A DNA stretch of 64,000 nt, taken from a virus. A program made the translations under genes and the position numbers. The stretch covers positions 17,196-81,195 of the IMG/VR virus record IMGVR_UViG_3300012232_000011, one strand, 5' to 3'. The notes under the pieces were generated by a model. It ran no database searches, was not told the origin of the DNA, and was given only the letters and a program-made list of their open reading frames with translations. Below, piece after piece: positions 62,114 through 64,000 of this stretch. Within the stretch, counting starts at the first letter, position 1. Each line of letters opens with the position of its first letter.

Positions 62114-63937
62114 ATGACAAAGAAGATCACGATTGGGGACCTCGCGGACGGACGCCCGGTATCCCTTGACCTCGGAATCCTCGCGGAGCAGCGGCTGCTC
62201 GTACAGGGCACGAGCGGCTCGGGGAAGTCCGGACTCTTGCGCCGCCTCCTGGAACAAACGCACGGGCTGATCCCGCAAGTCGTGATCGACGTGGAGGGCG
62301 AGTTCGCGACGCTCCGCCGAGAGTTTCCCGATTACGTGCTGGCGGCGGCGGAAGGCGGCGACGTGCTGGCGGCGCCGTACACCGCGAAGAAGTTGGCGAC
62401 CTGGGTCAACGCGCACCGGGCGAACGCGATCCTCGATGTGTCGGAGATGGACACCCGCGAGCGGATCGAGTTCGTCCGCATTTATCTGGACACGCTGGTC
62501 AACTTGCCGCGGAAGTTGTGGAAGCCCGTCCTGCTCGTGCTGGACGAAGCGCAAGAGTTCGCGCCCGAGGGTTCGGCGTCGGCTTCGCTGCTCGCGGTCG
62601 AACGTGCCGCGCTCCGTGGTCGCAAGCGCGGGATCATCCTAGTGGCGGCGACGCCCCGGATCTCCGACCTCTCGAAGTCCGTCACGTCGATGCTAACGAA
62701 CAAGCTGATCGGCAAAACGCAACAGGACATCGACGTGCGCCGGGCGGCGAACGAGTTGGGGATCTCGTCGCGGGACGCAACGAACATCCTGCGCGACCTG
62801 AAGAGCCGCAACTTCGTCGGGTACGGCGGCGCGTTTCGCATCCGGAACGAGCCGCTCGCCGGCAACCTTGAGATCGTCTACATCGCCGACACGAAGACGC
62901 ACCCGCCGAAATCCGGCGAGCTGGTGAAGCCGCGGACCCCTACGCCGAAAATGAAGGCTGCGCTCGCGACGCTGAACGAGTTGCCGAAGGAAGCGCAGCA
63001 GGAAGTGCGCGACCTCGCAGACGCGAAAAAGAAGATCGCCGAACTCGAGCGCGAGTTGAAGGCGAAGCCAAAGCCCGAGGTTGAAGTCAAGCGGATCGTG
63101 GTGGAGCCGCCGCCCTGCGGGCACGACAAAGAGATCGCCGGGCTAATCAAGCGGTGCGAAGTGTCGGAGATTCGAGCGGCTTCACTACAGACGGAGGCGG
63201 ACTCGCTCGCCTCGATCATCGAGACAGGCAACGCGAACATTCGCGAGACCGTTGGGAGTCTGCTCAATGTCGCTGCCGGATACCGCCGGCGTGTGCGACA
63301 AATCCCCGCGCTTCCGCCAGCACCGACGCCCACGGCGACGGTAAGCGTCCCGCGCAATGCGGCGCGTCTCCTATCACCGAAGGCGAGCGATCCTTCCCCG
63401 CCCCCGCCGTTTGCACCCGTTGTGCGGGACACGTCCGCGCCGTCGAACGTGGCCGATGGACTCACGAAACAGGAACAGCGGCTGCTCGACGCGCTCGCGA
63501 CGCTGAAGGCGTTCGGACTCGATCCCGCGCCACAATTCACGCTCTGCGCGGTCGCCGGGATGTCGCTGAACGGGCCGACTTACGCGAAGATGAAGATGTT
63601 GGCGGAGTACGGATACCTCGTGAAGAGCGGCACTGATATCAAGATCACCGCCGCCGGCGACGCCGCCGCTAACCACGACAACGCGCTCACGAGCCGCGAG
63701 GAATTGCACGACGCCTGGTGCCGACGCCTGAAGCCGAAGGAACAGGAAGTGCTGCGCTACATGATCGGCCTGTACCCGGACACGATCTCAAAGCCGGACC
63801 TCGCGGCGGCGTTGGGTTGGTCGCTCAATGGCCCCGTGTACGCGAAGATCGCACGTGTCCGGGACATTGGCGCAATCAATGAGAACGGCAAGCTGCTGAT
63901 GGCTTCGCCCCTGTTATTCCCGGAGGCACTCGCATGA
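62114..63937 (+). CDS. HerA/FtsK-superfamily (DUF87-like) ATPase with C-terminal winged-helix-like domains
   Basis: GTSGSGKS (Walker A), VIDVEGEF, LVLDEAQEFAP (Walker B) and RGRKRG motifs. Confidence 0.85.
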   Translation: MTKKITIGDLADGRPVSLDLGILAEQRLLVQGTSGSGKSGLLRRLLEQTHGLIPQVVIDVEGEFATLRREFPDYVLAAAEGGDVLAAPYTAKKLATWVNAHRANAILDVSEMDTRERIEFVRIYLDTLVNLPRKLWKPVLLVLDEAQEFAPEGSASASLLAVERAALRGRKRGIILVAATPRISDLSKSVTSMLTNKLIGKTQQDIDVRRAANELGISSRDATNILRDLKSRNFVGYGGAFRIRNEPLAGNLEIVYIADTKTHPPKSGELVKPRTPTPKMKAALATLNELPKEAQQEVRDLADAKKKIAELERELKAKPKPEVEVKRIVVEPPPCGHDKEIAGLIKRCEVSEIRAASLQTEADSLASIIETGNANIRETVGSLLNVAAGYRRRVRQIPALPPAPTPTATVSVPRNAARLLSPKASDPSPPPPFAPVVRDTSAPSNVADGLTKQEQRLLDALATLKAFGLDPAPQFTLCAVAGMSLNGPTYAKMKMLAEYGYLVKSGTDIKITAAGDAAANHDNALTSREELHDAWCRRLKPKEQEVLRYMIGLYPDTISKPDLAAALGWSLNGPVYAKIARVRDIGAINENGKLLMASPLLFPEALA

Positions 63938-64000
63938 CAACCGACACGCAAACGGAACAGATCGAATGGGTCGCCGTTGCCCGCGCACAGAAGGGCGGGG
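63934..64000 (+). CDS. start of a hypothetical protein (runs off the window)
   Basis: ATGA-coupled MTTDTQTEQIEW... Confidence 0.5.
   Translation, partial: MTTDTQTEQIEWVAVARAQKGG

Noticed and set aside
1-64000. Integrase, rRNA, tRNA, anti-CRISPR or recoded genetic code
   Set aside because: No recognisable motifs were seen, and all core genes read through with the standard code.

Overview
The whole window is a GC-rich tailed dsDNA phage (or prophage) genome segment, mostly on the + strand, with a siphovirus-like layout. From left to right: the 3' end of a DNA methyltransferase, small genes, small and large terminase, portal, a ~9.5-kb block of accessory virion proteins ending in a 1280-aa repeat protein fused to a Mu gpF domain, a protease/scaffold and the major capsid protein. 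Next comes an ~11.6-kb sugar-modification cluster (NDP-sugar dehydratase, RmlD-like reductase, six glycosyltransferase domains, a methyltransferase, DUF1360), followed by neck, tail tube, tail assembly chaperone with an apparent +1 frameshift, tape measure, tail tip and a lysis cassette. The right end holds an early/recombination region (Gp3-like protein, RlpA-like protein, HerA-like ATPase). Three small-gene islands run antisense. The most notable signals are non-coding or not in the ORF track: (i) three copies of a conserved leader plus terminator in front of the capsid, tail and lysis operons (two with a clear upstream promoter); (ii) four copies of a sigma70 promoter with a palindromic operator and built-in RBS; (iii) a ~135-nt multi-branch structured RNA candidate at 59.8-59.96 kb; (iv) an overprinted gene inside the RlpA-like gene. 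Pro/Thr-linker secreted proteins hint at a Chloroflexota-like host (inference). No integrase, reverse transcriptase, tRNA, rRNA or CRISPR array was seen. Family names come from motif recognition by eye, not database searches.
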